A DNA stretch of 64,000 nt, taken from Guillardia theta CCMP2712 (lineage: Eukaryota; Protista; Cryptophyta). Made by a program: the position numbers and the translations under genes. The stretch covers positions 416,045 through 480,044 of the forward strand of contig NW_005434651.1 in NCBI RefSeq assembly GCF_000315625.1, given 5' to 3'. Positions 24,675-36,048 of this stretch are shown one piece after another (the stretch's first letter is position 1; each line of letters opens with the position of its first letter). The notes below the pieces were generated by a model, which had not been told where the DNA came from, did no database searches, and was given only the letters and a program-made list of their open reading frames with translations.

Positions 24675-26530
24675 TTAGCACATAAACACTGCAAGAAGAT
24701 GGATACCGGAGGGGAAACATTGCATTTTTCCTGTTCGGCAGAATCCCTCTTCCTGAAATTCAGACAGTGTTCCGACGACCGAATCTAACCCGTTGAAGAT
24801 GATTCTCATACTGCATGCGTGAAAGAACTTCGATGGAACACCCCTCATTTCAAGCTTGAGTGGAAAAAAACCGTGTCTGGAACTGTTGACAGATTGTTGG
24901 CGTCTTGGCCATACGATATGCAGCACAGCATTCCTTGCCACAGACCTATTCGACCTGTACCAATGTGACTCGCCTAGCAGCTCCCTGAAAGAGGAGGCCT
25001 TCGATTTTGATAGCCCGACAACACATTTCGATGTGAGGAAATCGTGTGAGCAAGTTAGATGGTCGGTCAGAGTGAAGCCGTACAATCCGTTAAAGCAAAT
25101 GTCGCTGGGCCCACAAATGTGCGGTTGAAAATCGCTGTGACAAGGGGAGCACATTTGAGCACTGCAATACAATATTGCATACAGATTCCATGCCTTTCCT
25201 GCCACTTTTCTGTCGTAATAATTCGTCATGTACGCCGAAACCCCGAATGTGCTGTCACCACTTACAACGACTGCATCACACTCCTTCAGCATCCACCAGT
25301 CTAAGAACACCTTGAGCGCTTCTCTGTAGTTGTTCATGAAGTCAGCATCTGCCAAGTGCTTGACGGGCCCGGGATAATGTAAAATCTTGTCAGAGTATTT
25401 GCTCTGTGCCACTACATTCACAACTTGTTCTGAATCGGTGGCTAAGAACCACACGCTTTGTCCTTGGGTAATGCCTTCCTGTTGAACGTTCAAGAAACAC
25501 AAAAGCGCAAAACATGCAATACCTTTCTCTCAATCTGTTCTGCAACGTCAAAGAACCTCGTCAAGTGAGAGATGTTGAGCCGAGACTCTTCGATGAATCG
25601 AATCTGAAGACCAATCAAGTATCGATCGTTGACCATGGCTTTTAGTTTTACAATCTCGTCTGCAAGTGCACCATGCGGACGAAAGAGAGCACTGGAAAGG
25701 ATGGAATACGTAAGATCGACATCGCAGAATGAAAAATCTGCCAGCTTCTCCTCAAACTTGACGTTCTGCCAGAGATCCGTGAATAGGCCATGAGAAGCAC
25801 GGAGCCAGATCGTGTTCGAGTTTTCGAGCTCGGCAGGAGCAAATTGTCGGAATTGCTGGCTCAATTCCTGCCCAGTGATAGGGAAAAAGTTTGCAATGTA
25901 GTCCGAATCGTTGCCGTATGGTGATATGCTACTGGACATGTGCTTTGGGATCCGCCAGTCAATCAGGTCCGAGAGGAAGAAATTGTCGATTCTAGTTGTG
26001 TCTTCCTCCTCCAAATGAATGTAGAACACTCTGTCGGTTAAAACTGCCAGCATGAAAGCAGAGACGATTCCCAACACGCGATTCCCCCATCCTGAACAAG
26101 AAAACCCGGACGGCCCGCAGGTCCATATCAGAACCTTGTTGTCTTCAGATGGCAGCCGATTTCGTCTCCTCCTGTGCGTGGCTGAGTAAGCATCCAGCCA
26201 ACGAGGAATGTGAGTTTCGAGAAAGCTCATTCTTGGGTGCATGGGATGCTGCGAGCGCAAAGTTTCTTTCCATGCGTACAGCTCGAAGCAAGCGTCCGAA
26301 TCAACATCCATAACGAGTTCATTACACAAGCCGTACAAGTCAAGAGTAGATAAGAACTTTCCATCCACCTGGTTCTGAAGTACCGCCTCCATCGTATTTG
26401 AGGACATGTTAAGTCTTTGTAACGCAAACGCAATGTCTGTTGGTTCCATCTCATCTAACATAAAACTTCCAGGAAGAGCTATGGCAACAGACGAAATCGC
26501 TATCAAAGTGATTGTGCGGAACAACGTCAT
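24675..26530 (-). CDS. Fucosyltransferase-like glycosyltransferase (GT37/GT23-like fold) with signal peptide and N-terminal SAM-like domain
   Basis: GWGNRVLGIVSAFMLAVLTDR, IGLQIR, WFLATDS and DWWML...STFG motifs; intron 25479-25522 joins the two ORFs. Confidence 0.75.
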
Positions 26531-27199
26531 CTGTTGCTCTTGGTTGAAGTGGATACGACACGAGAAGAGTGACTACAGCTTTCGTTCCCTTCTCTTCCCC
26601 CCCCTCCCCCCCGTCCTGATCCTCATGTCTGAATGACCAGCGTCGTATCTGTTCCTGTCGGGCGTACTTCGAAAAACCTATCAGCTAGCATGTTATAAAA
26701 AAGAAATGCTTTTAGCTATATAAATTTATCCAGTGCGCCTCAGAATTTGCATAGGCAAACATAAAAGGCAGAAATCCAACTTATCAATGTAAATTAGTCG
26801 CTGATCCTGGATTTCGAATTTCAAAAACCGAGTGATGCACGGTTCAGTAAGAATGTTGACATGGAGGATCGAGAGCTTGTGGAAGCCGTTCATAAGAGAG
26901 GTAGCATGCAAGGAAGGACGAAGAAAGAAGACAAACACACAGACCCAACTGGATACCTTGAAGGAAACAGGCAGAGGAAGAGGCAGAGGCAGAGTCAGAC
27001 AGCAGATAAGAAGGTGCTGAGGCCTGACACAAAGGCGAGCAAAATATAGAAAGGAGGAAAAATAAGAAATCAAGTAGAAAACAATTAGCAAGACATTGGT
27101 GGATCCCATTGGCCAATCTTTTTGTGTGAATACTCTTGTATTGCGTGTAATGTCTCTAGTCCACTTATGGATTTCGATTTTGGGTATTAATCTGCATTA

Positions 27200-29094
27200 A
27201 CAGGATGTCACGACTTGCGTGGATCATTGTTTTGAGAAATATCTAAACAACGTGTGTTGGACATGTCTGGGAGAGTGATTTACAGCCAGCCTTTGCTGCT
27301 TGTGTTGCTTTTGCTTTTCATGGATGAAGCCCTGCTATCTGATGAACGAAGTCAACTCTTGAAACAGCTCCCAGAACGAATAAAAAACTTTGAGTCTGAT
27401 TCTATTTCTTCGAGGTCAGCTACGTCATGCAATTAAATCTGTTCTGAATCTGCTCCTCTCACAGAATCGACTCCAATGTAATGGAACGTGGCAAGATCGA
27501 GGAGATGGAGAGATTGGTTGCAAAGATTTTTGACAAGAAGATTAAGCCTCATCAGAAGAAGAAGGAAACACAAGGGAAATATTCGCTCAGGCAAATGTTG
27601 AAGGAGGAGAGAGCAGCTCAGAGCGTTATCAAAAAATCTGGGCTGGGAAAGTTTGACGACTCCAAGCAAAGTGGAGGTGACTCTGTAGCCGATGATGGGT
27701 TGGAGGGTAACAGGGGGAAAAAATTGAAATCTTTGGAAAATGAGAACAAACTTCTACGTGAGCAGCTGAAGATGATGACCAAGGCTTTGCAAAGTGGGGG
27801 GATGAAGGTCGCAGAAGATGCGGAAGTCGAAGACAGGGATGGTGTGGAATCGGAAGACAGGGAGGAATCTCTTGATTCTTTGAAAGAAGAAGACTTGTTC
27901 GCTACTCACTCGATGAAGAGGAGGAGGCCTTCATGTCATACCGAACAAGATGAGAACCGTTTGCAACAGGTATGCGCGAGATAGACTATGACTTGGAGTG
28001 ATGTAAAGCTGCAGACCCAAAACCAGGATTCCAGAGAGTCAAAGAACACTGAAGCGCGGTCTAGTTTGAGAGAACTTTGTTTTGAACGAGTCAATGACAA
28101 ATCTCAGAGAAAACTCTTCGTATTGCCAGGCATAAGTGAGATGTGGACGGCTAAGCTCGCTTCCAAGCTAAAAATCCCCGCAATCGTCTTCTCTGAATCT
28201 TCTGCTTGTCTCCGCTTTGGACTCCCTCACGCCTCTCTGGTCTCTTGGAGTGACTACAAGACAGCCCTCTCTGAGATTTCTCCAGCCTTTCCTCTCAAGC
28301 AGGTAAGCTCGCTCCTCCTTCCTCCCCATTCTCCTCACACTCATACAGATCTTCGCCGACCATCCTCATTGCTTCGAGACGAGAAGAGAAGCCATCTACT
28401 ACATGCAGCTCCTAGAAAGCATGGGGGTTGGCGCTGTCGTCCTTGGGGATCGATCCAAGAGCATGACGAACGATGACGTGGTTGATGCGGACGAGTTCTT
28501 CTCTTGTTTGAAATCAGCTGTCAACGCTCGGACCAACGACGAGGTTCTCATCTTCGCACGGACTTCCATGTCCTGTCGGGGGATGAAGCCATCGGAACTT
28601 CTCGACACTGAGCGAGATATAGCGCGGCGCCTCCTAGGAGCCATGGCATGTGGGATCGACGGGGTCATCCTTGACTGTTGGAGCATCTTGCCTGAGGGCA
28701 TAGAGACGCTGAAGAGGGTCAAAGAGAGGCTTGGGAGTTCTGCCTGCGGCGTCCTATACCTGCATCCTCAACAAGAAGATGACTGGAACAAGTTTGGTGG
28801 TAAACTCAAGAATGCATTGCAGGACTTGGGATTCAAAGTGGTATGCCCCAATTGTTTTTCTTTTTGGCCGTGGCCGACGTTCTGTTGCAGATTCTTCGTC
28901 CTGATGACCTGCACCTTGCCGTCGCCTCAACGATTCTGAATAAGTTGAAGGCCATGACGACTGACCTGTCTGCTTTTCATGGAGGGACCAAAGAATCAGG
29001 TTTCAACGTTGCCTCCTCCCTCACTTCCTCTCAGGATATCAACGACTTGATTCAAACCCAACACCTTAGCCAATTAGAACTTGAAATCATGTGA
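27200..29094 (+). CDS. Charged/coiled-coil N-terminus fused to a degenerate PEP mutase / isocitrate lyase superfamily barrel; 5' end uncertain, possibly near 26850
   Basis: FVLPGISEMWTAKL, FGLPH, IFADHP, MGVGAVVLGDR, LKSAVNAR...LIFARTS and GIDGVILD follow the family's motif order. Confidence 0.65.
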
Positions 29095-29187
29095 TGCCCG
29101 TCCATGGGTCATGTACAATTATTTGAGAACTTTACTCGGATCCTCTTCATTCTATTGGCGCTAGTGTCTTTTACACGAGTTGTCCAA

Positions 29188-29900
29188 TTACAAAAAATAT
29201 CGGTTACAGTAGGCAAGGACCTGTTTGCAACGGTGAGATCTCCACCTCCGCCTCTGCATCTCCTTACGGCTGCAAGGATAGAGAAGTCGAGACTTGCCGT
29301 CAGCCTCACCCCTCGAGACAAGGCGAAGATCTTGTAGACTATCAAGGGCAAGATCATGAGTGTTCCGACCTCCTGCGGGAGCCCTTGTTTGACTTTGAGG
29401 ATTTCCACGTCCTGTTTATCATGTCAGATCCACGGAATCGAGAATAATCTTCCACCTGTGCGACCGTCTCAGCAAATGCAGGGGAGGATAGGACTATATT
29501 CATCATCGTAGCAACTACCACGCTGCAATGTTGGTCAAAATCTGGTTCTTGCTACAAGTCCGTTAATACCCGGCCAACATGGGAAAAACAGCTTGCAAGC
29601 TTGACTGATGCCTCGTTTCATCTCCTGCAATCAAGACAGTAACGAAGAGCGCCCTCTATTGTGGCATAGTGTACCATCGTGGGACGGTTTGCAACGCGCA
29701 ACAGCCGTCTTGCGTTGTTGCAGCTGCCCTGGGAGGTGGCAAGAGGAAGAGGACCAAGGGAGAGAGGAGACCGCCGGATGAGCTGATGGTTCAGAGGACA
29801 GCGAGACGCGAGGAGCTTGAAGGTGAGCGGGAAGGTAGCTCGGCGGCATTAGGAAGCCAGAGCAGCATGCGACGTATCCCACCACCATGATGCGCCTCAT
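29188..29900 (-). CDS. Small putative thylakoid membrane protein with a tripartite leader
   Basis: MRRIMVVGYVACCSG-FL, S/P-rich transit region, VVATMMNIVLSSPAFA-E, then two hydrophobic segments; spliced by eye. Confidence 0.45.
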
Positions 29901-30054
29901 TTTTCTTGGGACCGGTTGGACAACCCTCGGTACCCTACCCACCCTTGCAAAGTACAGATTAGACCCCACCCTTATGATTCCCCGTCTGATGTCAGTAAAA
30001 CTAACCCCTCCCTCACTCTTCGACGACCGTCGCACCCCCTTTTAAAATACTTTG

Positions 30055-30190
30055 GCGGGCCCGGGGCCCTTCAGTCACTCCGAGTGCCGGTACCTGTCAG
30101 TACCCGGGGCCCTCGAGGTAACGGGCCGGCCCAGTCTCGGGAGTCTCAGTGACCGATCACAAGCTCAAAAGTTTTACTCACCGGGGCCAT
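30055..30190. repeat. GC-rich palindrome island E (short)
   Basis: GGGCCCGGGGCCC, CCGGTACC, GGGCCGGCCC and CAGTGACCG words. Confidence 0.65.
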
Positions 30191-30389
30191 TCACGGAATT
30201 GTAGGTTGCTTTACAACTTTCTTTTTTTTTTTAATTGTCAGCACGACCAGGTACCACCTGCAACCTTCAGAGCACCCGCTGTCACAACCAGGATACAGCA
30301 CCCCTCTACCCCCCCTTTATATCTTTTCTATCACCGGTCATAGAACACAAAAATATTACCCCCACCCACACGCGACGACCACCCTACCT

Positions 30390-30762
30390 TGGACTACCCT
30401 GAACATTATCTTTTATGAGGTAGGGTTTGCTCCTCAACATAGATTGCGGATACGAGGCGTACATAACGCTGGGATCAGACAGGAACTCCTTCAAACCCAC
30501 CATGTTCTTCACAAACATAATCTCTCATGGCATCAAACTCTTCACCTCATCATCACTGATGACTCTCACAACAACACACGTTACATGTTGACGAGTTGAT
30601 TTCGACTCCCTTCCCCTCCGACTTTCTTGCAGGGATCCGGTGTGAACCTTGCGTCCTAGTCGAACTGCCTTCCTCCTCTTGCTCCGTCAAATATTTCATA
30701 GTTTTGTCCGATTCCTTTTTTATGCCGCCCTCTGCCATTCCCTCCTCTTGAATTCGCTTCAT
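30390..30762 (-). CDS. Possible small hypothetical protein
   Basis: Charged ORF 30553..30762 plus a downstream open segment (GEEFDAMRDYVCEEH...); no recognisable motif. Confidence 0.25.
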
Positions 30763-31054
30763 TTTTCAACCTGAACCCCTTACAATCTTCGCACAGCCCC
30801 CTTTACCCCTCACCCCAACTTATCGCTCGTATCCCAGTTCACCGCATCAGATAGTCGATGAAAAACTCTTCCTTTTAGCTGGCACAACGTACTTGATGAC
30901 ATCAACGAGGCATCATTCTTGTTGTTAGAAATCATTCGCTGTCAGACTCATCAAACATGCATATGCAACTTTTATTCTGTGCTCTCTTCCTTGCTTTTCA
31001 AATGTTCTAAGCGACATTGCCATAGGCTAAACAAGAGAGGAATCATCATACTTT

Positions 31055-32668
31055 ATGAACAAACTTCCCTTATTCTGTTTTGCTTTATCTGTGCCCTTCC
31101 AAACTTCATTGGCTTTCTCTTCCATAAAACCGTTTGCTTTATCGGGCCTAAGAGCCTCCGCTACACGGAATATCGGGCCTCCCAGTCTTTTCAAACCAGT
31201 TGCTTGTGCTAGGCAGCAAAGAACGTAGGATTTTGATGTTGAAAGAGACGTCAATAGCGAAGATTTGACTGTTTGATACAGGTTTTCTGCATTCAAAATG
31301 TCTGAAGTCAATAAAGTACGTCCCCGCACCACCTTGGATGAAATGGATGAGTCGGGAGAGCTCAAAAGAAAGAAAGCTGCTTGGTGTAATTGGGTTGAGG
31401 TACTCTTGCTTTGAAGATATTTTTGAGATCGTTTGAGACAAAACCAGCCTGGCAGCGAAAGTTTCCCTCCTGAAAAAGACAGATACCATCTGTACATCTC
31501 TTATGCTTGCCCATGGGCGCATAGGTGTCTAATGGAGAAAAATCAGAATTTCAATCTGATGATTTTTGATAGATGTTTGATATTGCTCAAGATGAAAGGC
31601 TTGGAGGACGCGATCGGTGTCAGCGTGGTCCATCCAACATGGCAACGCACGAAACCAGAAGAGGTAATACTTTCGCGCTTCTCTCTTCGTCGTGGTGACG
31701 TTTGGAGGACTAGGACGAGCATATCGGGTGGATGTTCAGAGATCCTTCCGATCCTCCAGTCTCGAACTTGAACGGTCACGGATCTTTTCCGTGCACGTAC
31801 TGCATCCCGGACACTGTCAACAACGCGAAGAGCATTCGTGAGCTGTACGAGATCGCCGGAGACAAAGAAGGGAAGTACACGGTCCCAGTGCTCTGGGATA
31901 AGAAGAAGAAAACGATAGTCAGCAACGAATCATCAGACATTATCCTGATGTTCAACTCAGCTTTCAACAGTATCGCCAAAAATCCTGATCTCGACTTATA
32001 TCCTGAAGACTTGAGGAAGGAGATCGATGAAGTTAACTCATGGATTTATCCTCGTATTAACGACGGAGTGTACCGATGTGGCTTCGCTCAGAAACAGGAT
32101 GCTTACGAAAAGGCCTTCGACGCACTTTTTGAGTCGCTAGACAGGTAAAGTGGATGCACCCTTTCCTCTTTTCTCGTTTATGTTTGGATTGTAGGGTTGA
32201 GGAGATTTTAAGCAAAAAGCGTTATCTTGTGGGAGACAGAATCACTGTTGCGGATATTCGTTTGTTTGTTACTCTGATCCGCTTCGATCCGGTAATTTGA
32301 GAAAGCAAGCTTTGTTGAGATCTAACATGTGTTTGAAGGTTTATGTGGTTTATTTCAAGACAGATCAATCCCGCATTGATGACTATCCCAATATGTTCAA
32401 TTACATGAAAGAAATCTACCAGGTGATGACTCTTGTTCATAACCAAGTTGTATGTTGAAACTCGTTTTAGATGCCAGCAATCAAACCGACGGTTATCTTC
32501 CCACACATCAAGGTTGCATCTTTCCCGTTGATATTTTTTGTGCTTACACATTTGCAGACGCACTATTTGTCCTCTCATCCGAAGTTGAACTACTATGGGA
32601 TCATTCCCAAGGGACGAAAAGTGAATTTGGATACACCCCACAACAGAGATAACATGACATCAACGTGA
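31055..32668 (+). CDS. Plastid-targeted glutathionyl-hydroquinone reductase (omega/Xi-class GST, ECM4/YqjG-like)
   Basis: RYHLYISYACPWAHR, YTVPVLWDKK, NESSDI and INDGVYRCGFA motifs; exon 31055-31224 (MNKLPLFCFALSVPFQTSLA-F) splices in frame to 31282. Confidence 0.92.
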
Positions 32669-32810
32669 GAGGCTCATGTGTCAATTCCGGGATATTAAAG
32701 AGATTACCAAACTACTTGCTTCCAAATTTTTCAATTTGTTTCTGAGATTTGAAGCTCGTTTTATCTTATTTACATCAAAGAATCAATAAAATCTGCTCAT
32801 CTTGCTTTCA

Positions 32811-33400
32811 TCAGGCACCCTCCACATGTTTCAAAGCCTCTTGAAACAATGAATTCAGCGCAACATGTGGGCTGAGGATATCCCGACCGTCTTGATCTTC
32901 CCTTGATCCCTGATCATCAACGAGCTCTTGAGCTGGGCTGTCAGGCGGAACTTGTATGTCTTTCTTCCTGACAAAAGGAACCCAAACTGAAGAGGCTCCG
33001 ATGATTGGCCATTCTGGGCGATGGTCATGCACGGGCTGAAATGTGAAATTGCGGTTTCCTAAGGCATCAAAATCAAATGTCTGTGGTGGCTCGCTGGATT
33101 CAGCCGGCTCTGTATCCAATCTTCTACGAGCATATGGCCATTTTGCAACGCCAAGTTGGCGGCAAGCCGTCTTGAAGGCCGTTAACGATATTCCCTGTTG
33201 AAATCAAAACAAATTCACATCAGTTACGCGAAGGAACAGAATAAATAGACATTTACCAGTGTTTGAGCTGCAGTCTCTTGTCGGAGATGAAAGAGATCTT
33301 GAATATCTTCCAGTGTGACGGTTACCTCCGAGCTGCTTCTGACTCTCTCCCCACGCTTTCTGCGAGGATGTACAAGTGCAAACCTTGGATGTGCATGCAT
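32811..33400 (-). CDS. RWP-RK domain transcription factor
   Basis: VHPRRK...VTLEDIQDLFHLRQETAAQTL, intron, then GISLTALKTACRQLGVAKWPYARR; ends LFQEALKHV. Confidence 0.85.
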
Positions 33401-35304
33401 GACGTGTTGCTTGTAGCCCCAGAGGATACGAGATGGATGGATATAGATACCTCTCCTTCGGGCTATGACGGCAGAGAGAAAAAAATATGTTGATCCTTTG
33501 AAGAACGAAGGATCAGCAGGAGGAAGAGATAGTTGTTGCAGATGCAGAGGATCCAGTGGAAATGAGGTGGGATCCCAACCTCAACGATGAGTTCTTGCCA
33601 AACAGCAGCAGCAATGTTAGGTCAGTGTTGGAGTGAGGAAGATAGAGGGAGGGGATAGAGGTTGTGTGTGAGACCAACGACTACCTGGCGTCTGCACGGG
33701 CAGGCGCTGAAATCGTGGGAGCAATAAAGGGAAGAGATGTGGAGGGCAAGCAAAGCAAGAGGACAGATAATTTATGATGAAGAACCTAGAACTTGAACCT
33801 TTTCGTTCTATTTTCAAATTTTTCGATGTTTAAGTTCTAATTCTAAGATTTTTCATTTGTTGAGTAGTACCAGCGCATTAATATTATACAAATACAAAAA
33901 AGAGACAAAAATAAGACTAGGAGCGACATGCGAGTTAACCCCTACCCCCTCATTTAGCCCTCATCACCCCCATACCCCTGCGTGGGAGCCGTGAGGCCCA
34001 AGAAAGAGATGCGAGTTGTCAATTACAGTAATCGCATCGCTTGAATGAAAAAACCTCTTTTCGGAGCCACTCCGCGGCCAGATACTAAAGAAGGCGCAGT
34101 AAAGCCCCAGGAAATGGCATCCGGAGACCATGCGCCGCATGTAGGATTGAAAACACAAGCCGTTTCGAATTTCAGGACGTGCCAACCGTGCTGGGATAGA
34201 GGGGAGTAAAACAGGGTAAAGAGGTTTCTGTTTACTTCTATAATGTTTTATTTCCTTAGATAGGAAAGAGACCTCAATATAAGATTTTAAAGTTGGATAT
34301 TTTATCCGTCGGAGGTCCGGATTGAGTCACGTCCAAATGGTAAAGAGCTTTTGAAGCAGTCAAATCCGAAACGTTGCATTTTGATAAGAGACAATACCTT
34401 TTGGAACATTCTAGTTTATCTCTGATAGATTTGGATACAGACAAACATGTCTGTTCCGACACGAAGGGTTATTCGCAAGCTGCTCCGTGACTCACTTTTG
34501 ACTATCACTTGTTGCGAGTGATTGTTGAAATGTATCAAGAAACTCCCCCCGACGCAACTGATGCGCATCAGATTTCGACACGAGGCACAATACGTAGTAG
34601 AGGAAACATGCAGATTAGGTGTGCAAATGAAATCAGTTTTTACTTTCAGAAAGTTTGTTGGGAATTGAACATTTCTTCATCGTGCTCATCTTTTTGAATG
34701 CAAAACGACTGCACTCCTAATTTTTCGTTTTCCGATTTAGACCAGCATCACACTGATGGGTATCTGATCCAAACTAATGGATGCATGCCAGGCCTCCCGG
34801 AATATACTAGGAGGTGAGCTTTTGCTTTGATAGAAAGCATCTTGTACCCGCGTATTTACAAAACAACCACGAGGTGTCACACCCCGAAGCTTTACGAGTT
34901 GTGAATCACCCATGAAGGTGAAATACAGTGATGTCGAGTTTACCAGCGATGCTAGATCAGCGCTTCATACAACATGAGGAGAGAACGGACCCTTGTAGCT
35001 GATGAGTCTGATCCTTAAGTAGGCTACGACAAGCCTGGGATCCTTATATAGGCTTGCTGCACGAGCACACTCGCCTCATGCGAGCTCTCGCTTCTCGCAA
35101 GCTTAGGCTGCTCCACTTCTTCCACCAGGAATGAGAACTCCGAAAACCATCCCTACTGATGAGGCGCTCAGCTCTCGGCCACCAGGGATCCGATGATATT
35201 CTACATAGAGCACATCTAGGGGCGTTAAGATACTACTCATTCTGAGTCAAGTTGAGCTCTCTGTATGTTCAGCTTGCCAAGTTGTGCTCTCGGACACCTT
35301 TTGT

Positions 35305-35850
35305 CAGTCGGACCGCGGGGCCAGGCTTCTGTTTACTAAGACGGTTATGCGTTGTCATGCGTTGACGGTCGGACTGTAGGAGCCGCCTCCGAACTTGAAT
35401 AAACTTTGAAACTCACTGACATGCTGGCCCTCCCGGGCCCGGGGCCACCCGGGGTTACCTGCCGGAAACGGTTGCCACCGTGACCCGAGCCGGTTGACTC
35501 GGTCAGGCCAGCCGCTGAACGTTTGTCTCGAAGTGACTTTCTCGAACAAATGAGAGTCAACTTGGCAAGACGAGGACAGAGTACCGTATGGTACTCAGCC
35601 ACTGGTGCACCGACTGTGGCTCGAGTCCGCCGGACCGTGCCACGGTGGCGCTGAGGCCATCCCGCATCGATGATCATCCGATGCCGGGCCCGCGGCGAGA
35701 AGCGAAAAGCCTGTGACAGTTCAACGGTTACTCGGAGAACCAATCCTGATCACTCATCTTTACTTACTCAAAGCACTCATCAGTTCAACGGTTTACTAGT
35801 TTTATGATCCCGGCCGCGGCCCACTGTCCCGGGGGCCCCGCGACTTAACT
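35305..35850. repeat. GC-rich palindrome island F
   Basis: CCCGGGCCCGGGG, GTGACCCGAG, GACTCGGTCA and GTACCGTATGGTAC words. Confidence 0.7.
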
Positions 35851-36048
35851 GACTCTAGTACTTTCACTTGGTGGGTCATGCAAATGGGATTCCAAGGGGG
35901 TGGGTGGTAAACTGACTAGTTATCAGCAGTTCAAGGTTATATGGAATTGTGATTATGTAATTTGAAATTACAAAGACAAATTCAACTCAATCCAATTGTT
36001 CGAGGAACATACCGAAACCGTAGTTGCGGCCCTTTACAAGACGTCACC

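Noticed and set aside
34447-35300. Possible small multi-exon gene (MSVPTRRVIRKLL..., faintly histone-fold-like)
   Set aside because: I could not build a consistent spliced frame or a convincing motif.
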